From: Candidatus Dormiibacterota bacterium
GTDB taxonomy: Bacteria > Chloroflexota > Dormibacteria > CF-121
Assembly: GCA_036732165.1 (NCBI GenBank)
Contig: DAINCX010000003.1
Location: 16,685-80,684 of the forward strand
DNA length: 64,000 nt
Direction of reading: 5' to 3'
Program-made: the position numbers and the translations under genes
The notes under the pieces: generated by a model
What the model was told of the DNA's origin: nothing
The model's input: the letters and a program-made list of their open reading frames with translations, nothing else
The model's database searches: none
Part shown: positions 20,606 through 30,185 of the stretch, in pieces
How positions within the stretch are numbered: the stretch's first letter is position 1
How the letters are laid out: the number at the start of each line of letters is the position of its first letter

Positions 20606-23245
20606 ATGCAGCCCCCATCCGTGCCACCGCGCACCGGACCGCTCCGGGGGAACGAACCGGCCGGGCGGCCGGCCGTCGGAACGCAGGCATTGGCCGCTCT
20701 GCACGAGCTGGCGGTAGCGGCCAGCGGGGTCCTCGAGCCGACGGCGCTCGCCAAATTCGCGGTCGACCTTGCCTGCGATCTCCTGGGCGCGGATGGGGCC
20801 GCACTCTACTGGTGGACGGCCAGCACAGGTCGATTGCATGCGTTGGCCGACAACCGCTCGTACCAGGAGCCGGTTGCGCGGTCGCTGGGACCGGGGAAAG
20901 GCGTGGCAGGCCTCGCCTTCCAGCGCGTCGAGCCCGTGATTATCGACGACTATCCCAGCTGGGAGGGCGCGGTGCCCTGGGCGTTGGCCAACGGGGTCCG
21001 CGCCGCCGTCGGGATTCCGCTGTTCGCGCGTGGCCGAACGGTTGGAGCGATGGCCGTGCTGACGCATGCCGTCCGCCCGTTCGACGCGGAGGACTTACGG
21101 CTCCTGTCCTTGCTCGCGGCGCAGGTCGCGCCGTCTCTAGAGGCAGGTCGACTCGATGTCGACCTGGCCGCTTCCGAGCAGCGATTTCGCTCGCTCTACG
21201 GGACCGTCGCCTGCGGTGTCATCGTCTTGAGCGCGAATGGAGTGATTCTCCAGGTAAACCCGGCAGGCGAGCGCATCATCGGGCTCAGCCTCGCTGAGAT
21301 GCGAGGAAAGAGTCCGGACGAAATCTGGCGTGCCTATCGGGAAGATGGGTCCGAATTGGCGAGCACCGATCGAGTGGGACCCGTTGTGATTCGGAGCCGG
21401 CAACCGTTGCACGGATTCACCATGAAGATGATGCTCGCCGATGGCCGGCAGCGCTGGCTGCTCATCGACAGTATCCCGGTGTTCGACGCAGACGGCCAGG
21501 CCGTCCAGGTGGTGGCGAGTTTCCTCGACATCACCGAACGCAAGCAGGGGGAGGAAGCGCTCCGCCAGAGCGAGGAACGGTTCCGAGCGGTCTTCGACCG
21601 GTCGGCTGTCGGCATCGCTCGGATCGATCTGAAGGGCTGCATGATCGAGGCGAATCCAGCGCTCCAGCGAATGCTGGGCTACAGCTCCGAGGAGTTGACG
21701 CACAACCCCCTCGCCAACTTCGTCCATCCGGACCATCTCCACAATGGACGCCTGCTCGAACTGACAGAACTGGTCGAGGGAGCGCGTCAGGAACTCCAGC
21801 AGGAACTGCGCTACGTGCACAAGAAGGGCGGGCTGGTGTGGTGCAATTCAATCGGGTCCCTTGTGCGAGGCCCCTCGAACGAGCCACTCTTCTTGATCGT
21901 TATGACGGAGGATATCACCGCCCGCAAGGCCCAGGAGACGGCGCTCGAACACCAGGCCTTGCACGACGGGTTGACCGATCTCCCCAACCGCACCCTTCTC
22001 TACGACCGCCTGCGACAGGCCATCCTTTCCGGCAAACGCAATCAACAGCCCCTGGCGCTGTTGGTGATGGATCTGGACCGCTTCAAGGAGATCAACGACA
22101 CCTTTGGGCATCACGGCGGCGACGAGGTTTTGCGCCAGGTGGCTGTGCGGCTCAGGTCCGAACTGCGGGAATCGGACACGATCGCCCGGCTTGGGGGTGA
22201 CGAGTTCGCCATCATCCTCCCCGACGTGCCTGATGAGGCGGCGGCCGGAATTACCGCGGGAAGACTCCTGCAAGCGCTGCTACAACCGCTGGTGATCGAC
22301 GGTGAACAGCTGGAAGTCCGAGCGAGCGTCGGCATCGTCCTGTTTCCCAAACATGCGGAGGATCCCGACACATTGCTTCGGCGCGCGGACGCCGCCATGT
22401 ACGTGGCGAAACGCGCCAACAGCGGGTCCGCCTTCTACACCGCGGAGCATGACAGTGAGAACCGGAGCGGCCTCACGCTGACGTTCGAACTCCGTAACGC
22501 CATCGATCAGCGTGACCTGCTACTTCACTATCAGCCGATGCTCCGCTGCCGGACCGGGGAGCTGATCGGCGTCGAAGCGCTGGTCCGCTGGCAGCATCCG
22601 CGCCACGGGTTGATGGGGCCAGACCGCTTCATCCCGCTGGCTGAAGAGACCAGACTCATCCGCCCCCTCGGTCGCCGAGTCCTGGAGGATGCGGCGCAAC
22701 AGCAAGACAGGTGGCGAAAGCAGGGGATGAATCTACGCATGGCCGTCAACCTGTCGATCCGTAACCTGCAGGACCCCGAACTCCTGCCCTGGGTGGTGCG
22801 CATCTTCGAGACCTACCTCATTCTCCCGGGGGGCCTCACCATCGAGATCACGGAGAGCACCCTGATGGCGGACTCCGAGGAGGCGCTAAGAGCCCTGCGT
22901 CCCTTGAAGGCGATGGGGGTGCGCGTTGCAATTGACGATTTCGGAACTGGGTTCTCGTCCCTCGCCCACCTGAAACGGCTTCCGGTTGACGAGCTAAAGA
23001 TCGATAAGGCCTTCGTGATCGAGATGGCGTCGGAAAAAAAGAACAGTTTGATCGTCCAGTCAACGATCGACCTGGCCCATGCTCTCGGCCTGGTCGTCGT
23101 GGCAGAGGGCGTGGAGGACCGGGTAGTCTGGGAAATGCTCGCCGACCAGGGCTGCGACTTCGCGCAGGGCTTCTACCTCAGCCGGCCGATGCCCGCCGAC
23201 GAACTGGAGGGCTGGGTCCATAACAGGTCGCCCCGGGCAGCGTAG
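20606..23245 (+). CDS. GAF-PAS-PAS-GGDEF-EAL diguanylate cyclase/phosphodiesterase
   Basis: HDGLTDLPNR, RESD I-site, LGGDEF, VEALVRW, IDDFGTGFSSL, ELKIDK, VVAEGVE. Confidence 0.93.
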   Translation: MQPPSVPPRTGPLRGNEPAGRPAVGTQALAALHELAVAASGVLEPTALAKFAVDLACDLLGADGAALYWWTASTGRLHALADNRSYQEPVARSLGPGKGVAGLAFQRVEPVIIDDYPSWEGAVPWALANGVRAAVGIPLFARGRTVGAMAVLTHAVRPFDAEDLRLLSLLAAQVAPSLEAGRLDVDLAASEQRFRSLYGTVACGVIVLSANGVILQVNPAGERIIGLSLAEMRGKSPDEIWRAYREDGSELASTDRVGPVVIRSRQPLHGFTMKMMLADGRQRWLLIDSIPVFDADGQAVQVVASFLDITERKQGEEALRQSEERFRAVFDRSAVGIARIDLKGCMIEANPALQRMLGYSSEELTHNPLANFVHPDHLHNGRLLELTELVEGARQELQQELRYVHKKGGLVWCNSIGSLVRGPSNEPLFLIVMTEDITARKAQETALEHQALHDGLTDLPNRTLLYDRLRQAILSGKRNQQPLALLVMDLDRFKEINDTFGHHGGDEVLRQVAVRLRSELRESDTIARLGGDEFAIILPDVPDEAAAGITAGRLLQALLQPLVIDGEQLEVRASVGIVLFPKHAEDPDTLLRRADAAMYVAKRANSGSAFYTAEHDSENRSGLTLTFELRNAIDQRDLLLHYQPMLRCRTGELIGVEALVRWQHPRHGLMGPDRFIPLAEETRLIRPLGRRVLEDAAQQQDRWRKQGMNLRMAVNLSIRNLQDPELLPWVVRIFETYLILPGGLTIEITESTLMADSEEALRALRPLKAMGVRVAIDDFGTGFSSLAHLKRLPVDELKIDKAFVIEMASEKKNSLIVQSTIDLAHALGLVVVAEGVEDRVVWEMLADQGCDFAQGFYLSRPMPADELEGWVHNRSPRAA

Positions 23246-23264
23246 CCAAACCTGGCGGCGGCCA

Positions 23265-24452
23265 TCATTCTCGGCCCGCCGCACCCGCCCGGTAACGCGA
23301 GCGGCCGACGGTCGCGACGACCGTAACAACGGTCGCCATGCCGGCGGCGAGCAGGAAGAGCAATCCGTAATCGGCGCGTCCGGCAAGCCCGGCCACACCG
23401 GCGGTGCTGAGGGCACCGCCGACGAACGCCGCGCCGGCGAAGAGTGCGACGGCGGTCCCTCGCGCCGCCGGTGCCACATCTGTCGCCCAGGTCTGGATGC
23501 TGGAATGGAGGAAGGCAAAGCCGAAGCCGACCAGGGCGCTCGCGGCAAGGATTCCGACCAGGGTCTGGTCAAGAGTGGCGACGCCGTAGCCGGCAACGGT
23601 TCCCAGCCCGCCCAGCGTCATCAGCGGCACCGCGTTCGTCTTCCCGATGAGCGGCTTCATGGCCTGGGTCATGACGATCACCGTCAGTCCGTAGGTCGCG
23701 ACCACCAACCCGGCCAGGCCGGCCTTGATCCCGCGCGACTCGAGGGAGGGCGCGAAATACGTCAGGAAGCCGAACATGATCGCACCCTCCCCGAAGCCAA
23801 GCACGATCACGTAAAGCGCCCACCCGTTACGGAGGACGGCGCCGAGGCGGTCGAGAGGTCCCATCGCCAAGTCCTCTCGTGAGGGTTCCTTAAGCCGTCT
23901 CAGCACAACGGCGAGAATCGCGGCGAGTACCGCCGTCCCGCCGAAGGCCAGCCGCCAACTAAAGAACTGGGCGAGCAAGCCGGCTCCGAGGCTGCCGACC
24001 GCGGTGCCAACGGCGGTCGCGGCCAGCAAGTCGGCGATTACCGGCTGGCGCCGCGAAAATGGGAAGACATCGCCGACATACACGAGCGAGGCCGGGAAGA
24101 CCGCGGCAAAGAATGCCCCCGCCAGCCCTCGCGTGACGATGATCACGGCCAGGTTGGGCGCCAGCGCCGAGGCGAACCCGGCCGTAGCCGCGCCAGCCAG
24201 CCCGATCCGCATCACCGTCAGACGGCCAAATCGGTCTGAGAGCAGGCCCCAGACGGGCTGCATCAGACCGTAGACGAGGTAGTAGACGGAGGCGGTCGCG
24301 ACGATGGCGCCGACCGGCGTCTGCAGGTCGCGCGCGATCGGGATCAGGAGCGGGGCGATCGAGAAGCGGTCAACCGTGGCGGTGCAGGCGGCGGCGTAGA
24401 TCAGGAGCGCACTGCCCCGCAGCCGGGTGGCCGCCGGGCTGGCGACTACCAG
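23265..24452 (-). CDS. MFS transporter; probable CTG start overlapping the gabD stop
   Basis: GLLSDRFGR motif A, ~12 hydrophobic segments; frame open 63 codons upstream of ATG 24263 with TM-like residues. Confidence 0.82.
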   Translation of the reverse strand: MVVASPAATRLRGSALLIYAAACTATVDRFSIAPLLIPIARDLQTPVGAIVATASVYYLVYGLMQPVWGLLSDRFGRLTVMRIGLAGAATAGFASALAPNLAVIIVTRGLAGAFFAAVFPASLVYVGDVFPFSRRQPVIADLLAATAVGTAVGSLGAGLLAQFFSWRLAFGGTAVLAAILAVVLRRLKEPSREDLAMGPLDRLGAVLRNGWALYVIVLGFGEGAIMFGFLTYFAPSLESRGIKAGLAGLVVATYGLTVIVMTQAMKPLIGKTNAVPLMTLGGLGTVAGYGVATLDQTLVGILAASALVGFGFAFLHSSIQTWATDVAPAARGTAVALFAGAAFVGGALSTAGVAGLAGRADYGLLFLLAAGMATVVTVVATVGRSRYRAGAAGRE

Positions 24453-25903
24453 GCGGTTGCGATGTACTTGGTCTCGAGGAACTCCAGCAATCCCTCGTGC
24501 GAGCCTTCGCGGCCAACGCCGCTCTGCTTGACGCCGCCGAACGGCGCCGCAGGGTCGGAGATGAAGCCCCGGTTGAGGCCCACCATGCCCGATTCAATCG
24601 CTTCCGCGACCCTGAGGCCGGTGGCCAGCTCGCGCGTATAGACATACGAGGCGAGCCCGCGGTCGGTCTTGTTGGCGAAGTCGATCGCTTGATCAACCGT
24701 TTCGAAGGTCACGATCGGCGCGATCGGGCCAAAGATCTCTTCCTTGAGGATGTGTTCGTCCGGCCGCACCTGGCTCAGCACAGTCGGCGGGACGAAATAG
24801 CCGGGGCGGTCGGTGACCTTGCCACCGGTCAGCACGCGGGCGCCGTGGCCGACCGCCTCCTCGACGAGGCCCAGCATCGTCTTCCGCGCGGGCTCGTTGA
24901 TGACGGGGCCGACCTTGACATTGGCGTCCAGGCCAGAACCGACCGGGAGGGCGCCCATGGCCCGCGCCAGCATGTCGGCGAACTTCTCGCCGACCTTCGC
25001 GTCCACGTAGAAGCGGTTCGCGGCGATACAGGACTGGCCGGTGTTGCGCATCTTGGCCACGAGGGCGCCCTCCAGCGCAGCATCGAGATCGGCGTCGGCC
25101 AGCACGATGAACGGGGCGTTGCCGCCCAGCTCCATCGAGCAGCTGATCACGTTCTCCGCCGCCTGCGCGAGCAGGATGCGACCGACCTCGGTCGATCCTG
25201 TGAAGGACAGCTTGCGCACCCGCGGGTCCTTGAGCATGGCCTTGACCACCTCCGACGAACGCTTCGACGGGATGACGTTGACCACGCCTTTCGGCACCCC
25301 CGCCTGCTCGAGCAGGTCGGCCACCGCCAGCGCCGACAGCGGCGTCTCCGAGGCCGGCTTCAACACCACGGTGCAGCCGGCCGCCAGCGCCGGCCCGATC
25401 TTGCGAGTGGCCATCGCGGCCGGGAAGTTCCAGGGCGTGATCAGCACCGAAACCCCGATCGGCTGGTGCTCGACGAGAATCCGGTTGGCGCCGCTGGGCG
25501 CGATCGAGACCGAGCCGATGTTGCGCACCGCCTCTTCCGAGAACCAGCGGAAGAATTCCGCCGCGTAGGCGACCTCCCCCAGGGCTTCGGCCAGCGGCTT
25601 GCCGTTCTCCCGGACCATCAGCTCGGCGAGCTTCTCGCGGTCCCGGAGCATCAGCTCGAAGGCCTTGCGCAGGATCTCAGCCCGTTCCCGTGGCGGTCGC
25701 GCGGCCCAGGGCCGGAAGGCGTCGGAGGCCGCTTGCACGGCGGCCAACGCATCCTGCACCGAGGCACTCGCCACCGTCGAGATCGCCTCGCCGGTCGCGG
25801 GGTCTGCCACCTCGATCCGCTGGCCGTCCGACGCGGGGCGCCATGACCCGCCGACATAGAGGTCGGTGTGCCGGACGGAGATCAACTCACTGACCGGGGT
25901 CAT
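24446..25903 (-). CDS. gabD: NAD(P)-dependent succinate-semialdehyde dehydrogenase
   Basis: ITPWNFP, FTGSTEVG, MELGGNAP, NTGQSCIAANR, EEIFGP, PFGGVKQSG. Confidence 0.88.
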   Translation of the reverse strand: MTPVSELISVRHTDLYVGGSWRPASDGQRIEVADPATGEAISTVASASVQDALAAVQAASDAFRPWAARPPRERAEILRKAFELMLRDREKLAELMVRENGKPLAEALGEVAYAAEFFRWFSEEAVRNIGSVSIAPSGANRILVEHQPIGVSVLITPWNFPAAMATRKIGPALAAGCTVVLKPASETPLSALAVADLLEQAGVPKGVVNVIPSKRSSEVVKAMLKDPRVRKLSFTGSTEVGRILLAQAAENVISCSMELGGNAPFIVLADADLDAALEGALVAKMRNTGQSCIAANRFYVDAKVGEKFADMLARAMGALPVGSGLDANVKVGPVINEPARKTMLGLVEEAVGHGARVLTGGKVTDRPGYFVPPTVLSQVRPDEHILKEEIFGPIAPIVTFETVDQAIDFANKTDRGLASYVYTRELATGLRVAEAIESGMVGLNRGFISDPAAPFGGVKQSGVGREGSHEGLLEFLETKYIATAW

Positions 25904-26874
25904 CGCATTGATTTTCGCACGGTCTGGACGATTCGTTCGGCCGAGGGCATCGCTGCATCCTCCAGCACGTCGGCCGCCGGCAGCGGCACGTGCGGCGTCG
26001 TGATCCGGACGATCGGGCCGTCCAGGTCGTCGAAGGCCTCGTCGGCCACGATCGAGGCAATCTCGGCACCCCAGCCACAGAGCCGCGGATTCTCCTCGAC
26101 GGTGAAGAGCCGGCCGGTCTTCCGCACCTCCGTGAGGATCGTCCGGGTATCGAGGGGGACCAGGCTGCGAACGTCGACCACGGTTGCCATGATGCCCTCG
26201 CCCTCGAGCCGGTCGGCCGCCTCGAGCGCCTTTTGGACCATCGCGGCGAGCGCGAGGATGGTGCAGTCCTTCCCGTTACGCAAGACTTTCGCCGTTCCAA
26301 GCCGATCGACGTGCTCGCCGTCGGGCACCTCGCCCTTGATCCCGTAGAGCGATTTCTGCTCGAAGAACAAGACCGGGTCCGGGTCGCGGATCGCGGCCGC
26401 CAGCAGCCCCTTGGCGTCGGCGGGGTTCGACGGGGCGACCACCTTCAGGCCTGGCACCGCCATCGCCCAATTCTCGAGGCTCTGCGAGTGCTGCGCCCCG
26501 AAGCGCGTGCCCCCGCCGTTGGCGGTCCGAATGACCAGCGGGAGCGAGACCTGCCCGTCGGTCATATAGCGGGTCTTCGCCACCTGGTTCGCGATCATGT
26601 CCCAGCAGGTGGCCAGAAAGTCGGAGAACATGATTTCGGCCACCGGCCGAAGGCCGGTCATCGCCGCGCCCATGGCCGCCCCGATGATCGCCTGCTCCGA
26701 GATGGGCGTGTCGCGGACGCGCTCCGGGCCAAAGCGCTCGAAGAGCCCCACGGTCGCCTTGAACACGCCGCCGGCGGCCCCGATGTCCTCGCCGATGAAA
26801 TAGACCATCTCATCGCGGGCCATCTCTTGGGCGATCCCCGCCGCCACGGCCTCGCGGAAGCTCAGTTCCGCCAT
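25900..26874 (-). CDS. TPP-dependent dehydrogenase E1 beta subunit (AcoB/PdhB-like)
   Basis: DTPISEQAIIG, EIMFSDF, GAQHSQS, VDVRSLVPLD. Confidence 0.92.
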   Translation of the reverse strand: MAELSFREAVAAGIAQEMARDEMVYFIGEDIGAAGGVFKATVGLFERFGPERVRDTPISEQAIIGAAMGAAMTGLRPVAEIMFSDFLATCWDMIANQVAKTRYMTDGQVSLPLVIRTANGGGTRFGAQHSQSLENWAMAVPGLKVVAPSNPADAKGLLAAAIRDPDPVLFFEQKSLYGIKGEVPDGEHVDRLGTAKVLRNGKDCTILALAAMVQKALEAADRLEGEGIMATVVDVRSLVPLDTRTILTEVRKTGRLFTVEENPRLCGWGAEIASIVADEAFDDLDGPIVRITTPHVPLPAADVLEDAAMPSAERIVQTVRKSMR

Positions 26875-27875
26875 GCCGCACCCCCATCGCTCCAGACCTG
26901 GCGCTCGATCTCATCGACCCGCGCCGGTGCGCCGTTGCGTGCTTCCTCCGTCGCTAGATCCACCTTCTGCTGGGCCCGGGTTTCGATCTCGCTCGCCTCC
27001 GCCTCGGTGACCCCCGCGCCGAGCAGCCGCTCCCGGTAGCGCTTCACCGGGTCACGACTCAGCCATTCCCGCACCTCGGCGTCGGGCCGGTACTTGCCAG
27101 GATCCGCGCGAGAGTGCCCGCCGTGGCGATAGGTGAGGGCCTCGACCAGCGATGGGCCGCCCCCGTTGCGGGCCTTCTCGATCGTCGTGCGAGCCGTGTC
27201 GTACATGACGTCCGCGTCGTTGCCGTCCACCAGGATCGACTCCAGCCCATACGCCGATGCGCGGTCGGCGGCGGGATGCTCCACGGCCGTGACCGAGCGG
27301 ATCGGCGTGTACTCCATGTAGCCGTTGTTCTCGCAGACGAACACGACCGGCAGCGCCCAGATCACCGCGAGGTTGAGGGCCTCGTGGAAGGCGCCGATGT
27401 TGGTGGTACCGTCGCCGAAGAAGCAGGCGGCGACCTGCCCCGATTTTCGGACCTGCGCCGACCAGGCGGCGCCGGCCGCGATCGGTAGGTGGGCGCCCAC
27501 GATCGCGTAGGAACCCATCGCGCCGTGGGCGACGTCGGTCAGGTGCATCGATCCACCCTTTCCGTGCAGCATGCCGTTGCCACGTCCGAGCAGCTCGGCC
27601 ATGGCCGCGGCCATCGACGCGCCGCGCGCCAGCGTGTGCCCGTGACCGCGATAGGTGCAGAAGGTGTAATCGTCCGGCCGCATCGCCACGCCATACCCGG
27701 CGGCGATGGCCTCCTGGCCAAGGGCGAGGTGGCTCGTCCCGCGCACGAGATTCTCGAGGAAGAGCTCGTAGGCGCGTTGCTCGAAGTCACGGAGCTCGAC
27801 CATCAGCTCATACAGGCGCAGCCGGGTCGGGCGGTCGACGTCCGCGGTCCGCCGCTTCTCGATCTTGGTGCTCAC
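26862..27875 (-). CDS. TPP-dependent dehydrogenase E1 alpha subunit (AcoA/PdhA-like)
   Basis: HLALGQEA, TYRGHGH, GKGGSMH, FGDG...CENN TPP motif, TYRHGGHS. Confidence 0.92.
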   Translation of the reverse strand: MSTKIEKRRTADVDRPTRLRLYELMVELRDFEQRAYELFLENLVRGTSHLALGQEAIAAGYGVAMRPDDYTFCTYRGHGHTLARGASMAAAMAELLGRGNGMLHGKGGSMHLTDVAHGAMGSYAIVGAHLPIAAGAAWSAQVRKSGQVAACFFGDGTTNIGAFHEALNLAVIWALPVVFVCENNGYMEYTPIRSVTAVEHPAADRASAYGLESILVDGNDADVMYDTARTTIEKARNGGGPSLVEALTYRHGGHSRADPGKYRPDAEVREWLSRDPVKRYRERLLGAGVTEAEASEIETRAQQKVDLATEEARNGAPARVDEIERQVWSDGGAAWRN

Positions 27876-27894
27876 GGGCCCTCCTTTTACGGAT

Positions 27895-29157
27895 TCAGTA
27901 GGGGTTCGCGATGACGAGCTCTTCCGCCGGAAAGAGGGTGATCACCTCGTGCCCGGTCGCGGTTACCACGATCTCTTCCTCGATGCGCGCCGCCGAATGC
28001 CCGTCGCTGGCGGGGCAGTAGGTCTCCAGCGCGAAGACCATGCCTTCTTTCAGCTCCACCGGGTGGTCGAGGGAATTGAGCCGGCTGATGATGGGCCGCT
28101 CGTGCAGCGCCAGACCGAGGCCATGGCCGAACTGCAGCCCGAAGGCCTCCATCTCGCTGTCGAAGCCGAAATCCTGCGCTTTCGGCCAGGCCTTCGCGAT
28201 GGCATCGGTCGCCACGCCCGGCTTCACCATGTCGATGCCGGCGTCGATCCACTCGCGGGCCTTCTTGTAGGCGTCGCGCTGGCTCTGCGTGGCGCGGCCC
28301 ACGTTGAAGGTCCGGTAATAGCAGGTCCGGTAGCCGTTGTACGACTGGATGATGTCGAAGAAGGCCTGGTCCCCGGGACGGATCAACCGATCCGAAAACA
28401 CGTGGGGGTGCGGGCTGCAGCGCTCGCCCGAGACGGCGTTGATGGCCTCGACGTCGTCCGAGCCCATGTCGTATAGCTGTTTGTTCGCGATGGCGACGAT
28501 CTCGTTTTCCCGGATGCCCGGCTTGAGCACTTCATAGATCGTCTGGTAGACACCGTCGACCAGCGCCGCCGACATGCTGAGCAAGGTGATCTCGTCGCCC
28601 GATTTGATCTGTCGGGCATCGAGCATCGCCTGTTGTCCGTCGACCACCTTTATGCCGCACTTCTGCAGGGCGAAGACCATCGGAATCTCGGCGATGTCGA
28701 CCCCGAGGGGCTCACCCGCCACACCGTGCTCGCGCATGGTGTCTTTCACCGTGCGGGCCACGTCGTCGGAGAGACCGGCCTCTGGCGCGACCGAGCCGCG
28801 CAGGCCGGTCATGCCGGCTCGCGAGTTCTCGGGCTTGAGCCATGGGGCATGCAGCCGATGCGCCTTCGCCGCCGAGCCGAAGTCCCACAAGATCGGTTCG
28901 CCGGTTCGAGTGAGGAGGGCAAAACGCGCCACCTTGTCGCGGGCCCACTCGCCGATGGTGGTACTCGTGATGTAGCGGATGTTGTTCATGTCGAAGACCA
29001 GAACCGCCCCGAGCCCCGCGTTTAAGACCGCCTGCCGGGCGCGGCCCAGCCGGTAGTCATGAAGGCGGCGGAAATCGACCCGCTCCTCCCAGTCCACATG
29101 CATCCGGCCGGGTGCCGGCACCGAGGTCACCGTGAACTCGGACTTAGCCCTCGCCAT
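27895..29157 (-). CDS. M24 family (creatinase/prolidase-like) hydrolase, atypical metal site
   Basis: Creatinase-like N domain; GHGLGLALHE, FALETY, ARIEEEIVVT; RTCYYRTF in place of SD.TRTF. Confidence 0.85.
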   Translation of the reverse strand: MARAKSEFTVTSVPAPGRMHVDWEERVDFRRLHDYRLGRARQAVLNAGLGAVLVFDMNNIRYITSTTIGEWARDKVARFALLTRTGEPILWDFGSAAKAHRLHAPWLKPENSRAGMTGLRGSVAPEAGLSDDVARTVKDTMREHGVAGEPLGVDIAEIPMVFALQKCGIKVVDGQQAMLDARQIKSGDEITLLSMSAALVDGVYQTIYEVLKPGIRENEIVAIANKQLYDMGSDDVEAINAVSGERCSPHPHVFSDRLIRPGDQAFFDIIQSYNGYRTCYYRTFNVGRATQSQRDAYKKAREWIDAGIDMVKPGVATDAIAKAWPKAQDFGFDSEMEAFGLQFGHGLGLALHERPIISRLNSLDHPVELKEGMVFALETYCPASDGHSAARIEEEIVVTATGHEVITLFPAEELVIANPY

Positions 29158-30097
29158 CCGCCGCCTCCAGCCCGTCGGACACGGTGCGCCGCTCCGGTTC
29201 GAGCGTCAGGTTCGCCCCCCGGGCCTCGAGCTCAAGGAGCGCGGCGAAGTCGAGGTCGCCCAGACCGTCGCCGATCAGGTTCACCACGATCTGGTGGGTG
29301 AGTGCCGACACCGGCAGCGGTACATTCAGCTGCCGGGCCGCATCCAGTCCGAGCTCGAAATCCTTGCGCAGCAGATGACCGGTGAAGGTGGGCGTGAAGT
29401 CGAGGTTGACGAGGGCTGGCGTCTTGTAGCGACTGAAAGTAGAGCCCATGACGCTGCCGTTGATGAACTCCAGGTAATCAGCTCGCTTGATCCCGCCGCG
29501 CTCCGCCAGCACCGTCGTCTCGGCCAGAATCTGCGTCACAACCCCGAGGATCAGGTTGTGGCAGATTTTGACCAGCCGTGCCGCCTCGCCCTCGCCGACG
29601 TAGGTCACGCGTCGACCCATCATCTCGAGGTAGGGGAGGGCTTGCTCGAAGGCCTCGCGCGGCCCCGACACGGCCAGGCTGAGCTTCCCGGCGCGGGCCA
29701 CCTTCGGGTTGCCGCTGACCGGGGCAGCGAGCAGCGCGCAGCCGAGTTGCTGAGCACGCTCGCGGATCTCGCGGGACACATCCATCGAGACCGTCGAGGT
29801 GTCGATGACCATCCCGGGAACCCGGCCGCGGTCGGCGAGGAGCCCATGGGCGCCCGTCATCACCTCGGCGAAATCCCGGGAGGAGGCCAGGGAGGTCAGC
29901 ACGATATCGCGGTCGGCCAGGTCGGCCGGCTGATCGGCGATCCGTGCCCCAAGCCGGGCAAGGGGCTCGGCCTTGGCACGGGTGCGGTTCTGGACCGTGA
30001 CGTCGCACCCGGCCTCGAGCAGTCGCGCCGCGAGTACGGAACCCATCCGGCCGGTGCCGATCCAGCCGAGCGTGTGATGGTTGGCTGCCGCGCTCAT
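29144..30097 (-). CDS. NAD(P)-dependent beta-hydroxyacid dehydrogenase (HIBADH/6PGD family)
   Basis: GWIGTGRMG, IDTSTVS, APVSGNP, VKICHN. Confidence 0.9.
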   Translation of the reverse strand: MSAAANHHTLGWIGTGRMGSVLAARLLEAGCDVTVQNRTRAKAEPLARLGARIADQPADLADRDIVLTSLASSRDFAEVMTGAHGLLADRGRVPGMVIDTSTVSMDVSREIRERAQQLGCALLAAPVSGNPKVARAGKLSLAVSGPREAFEQALPYLEMMGRRVTYVGEGEAARLVKICHNLILGVVTQILAETTVLAERGGIKRADYLEFINGSVMGSTFSRYKTPALVNLDFTPTFTGHLLRKDFELGLDAARQLNVPLPVSALTHQIVVNLIGDGLGDLDFAALLELEARGANLTLEPERRTVSDGLEAADGEG

Positions 30098-30130
30098 ATG
30101 GCTCCCCTCCTGCTGACGGTCGAGCGTCGC

Positions 30131-30174
30131 GCAAACGTTTGTCTACGATAGCAGCCGCGCTTTTGAGACGTCAA
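30131..30174 (-). promoter_or_regulatory. promoter plus LacI-type operator of the leftward catabolic operon
   Basis: Minus strand TTGACG-N18-TATCGT followed by the palindrome GCAAACGTTTGTC (30131-30143). Confidence 0.8.
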
Positions 30175-30185
30175 TTTCGCGCGCT

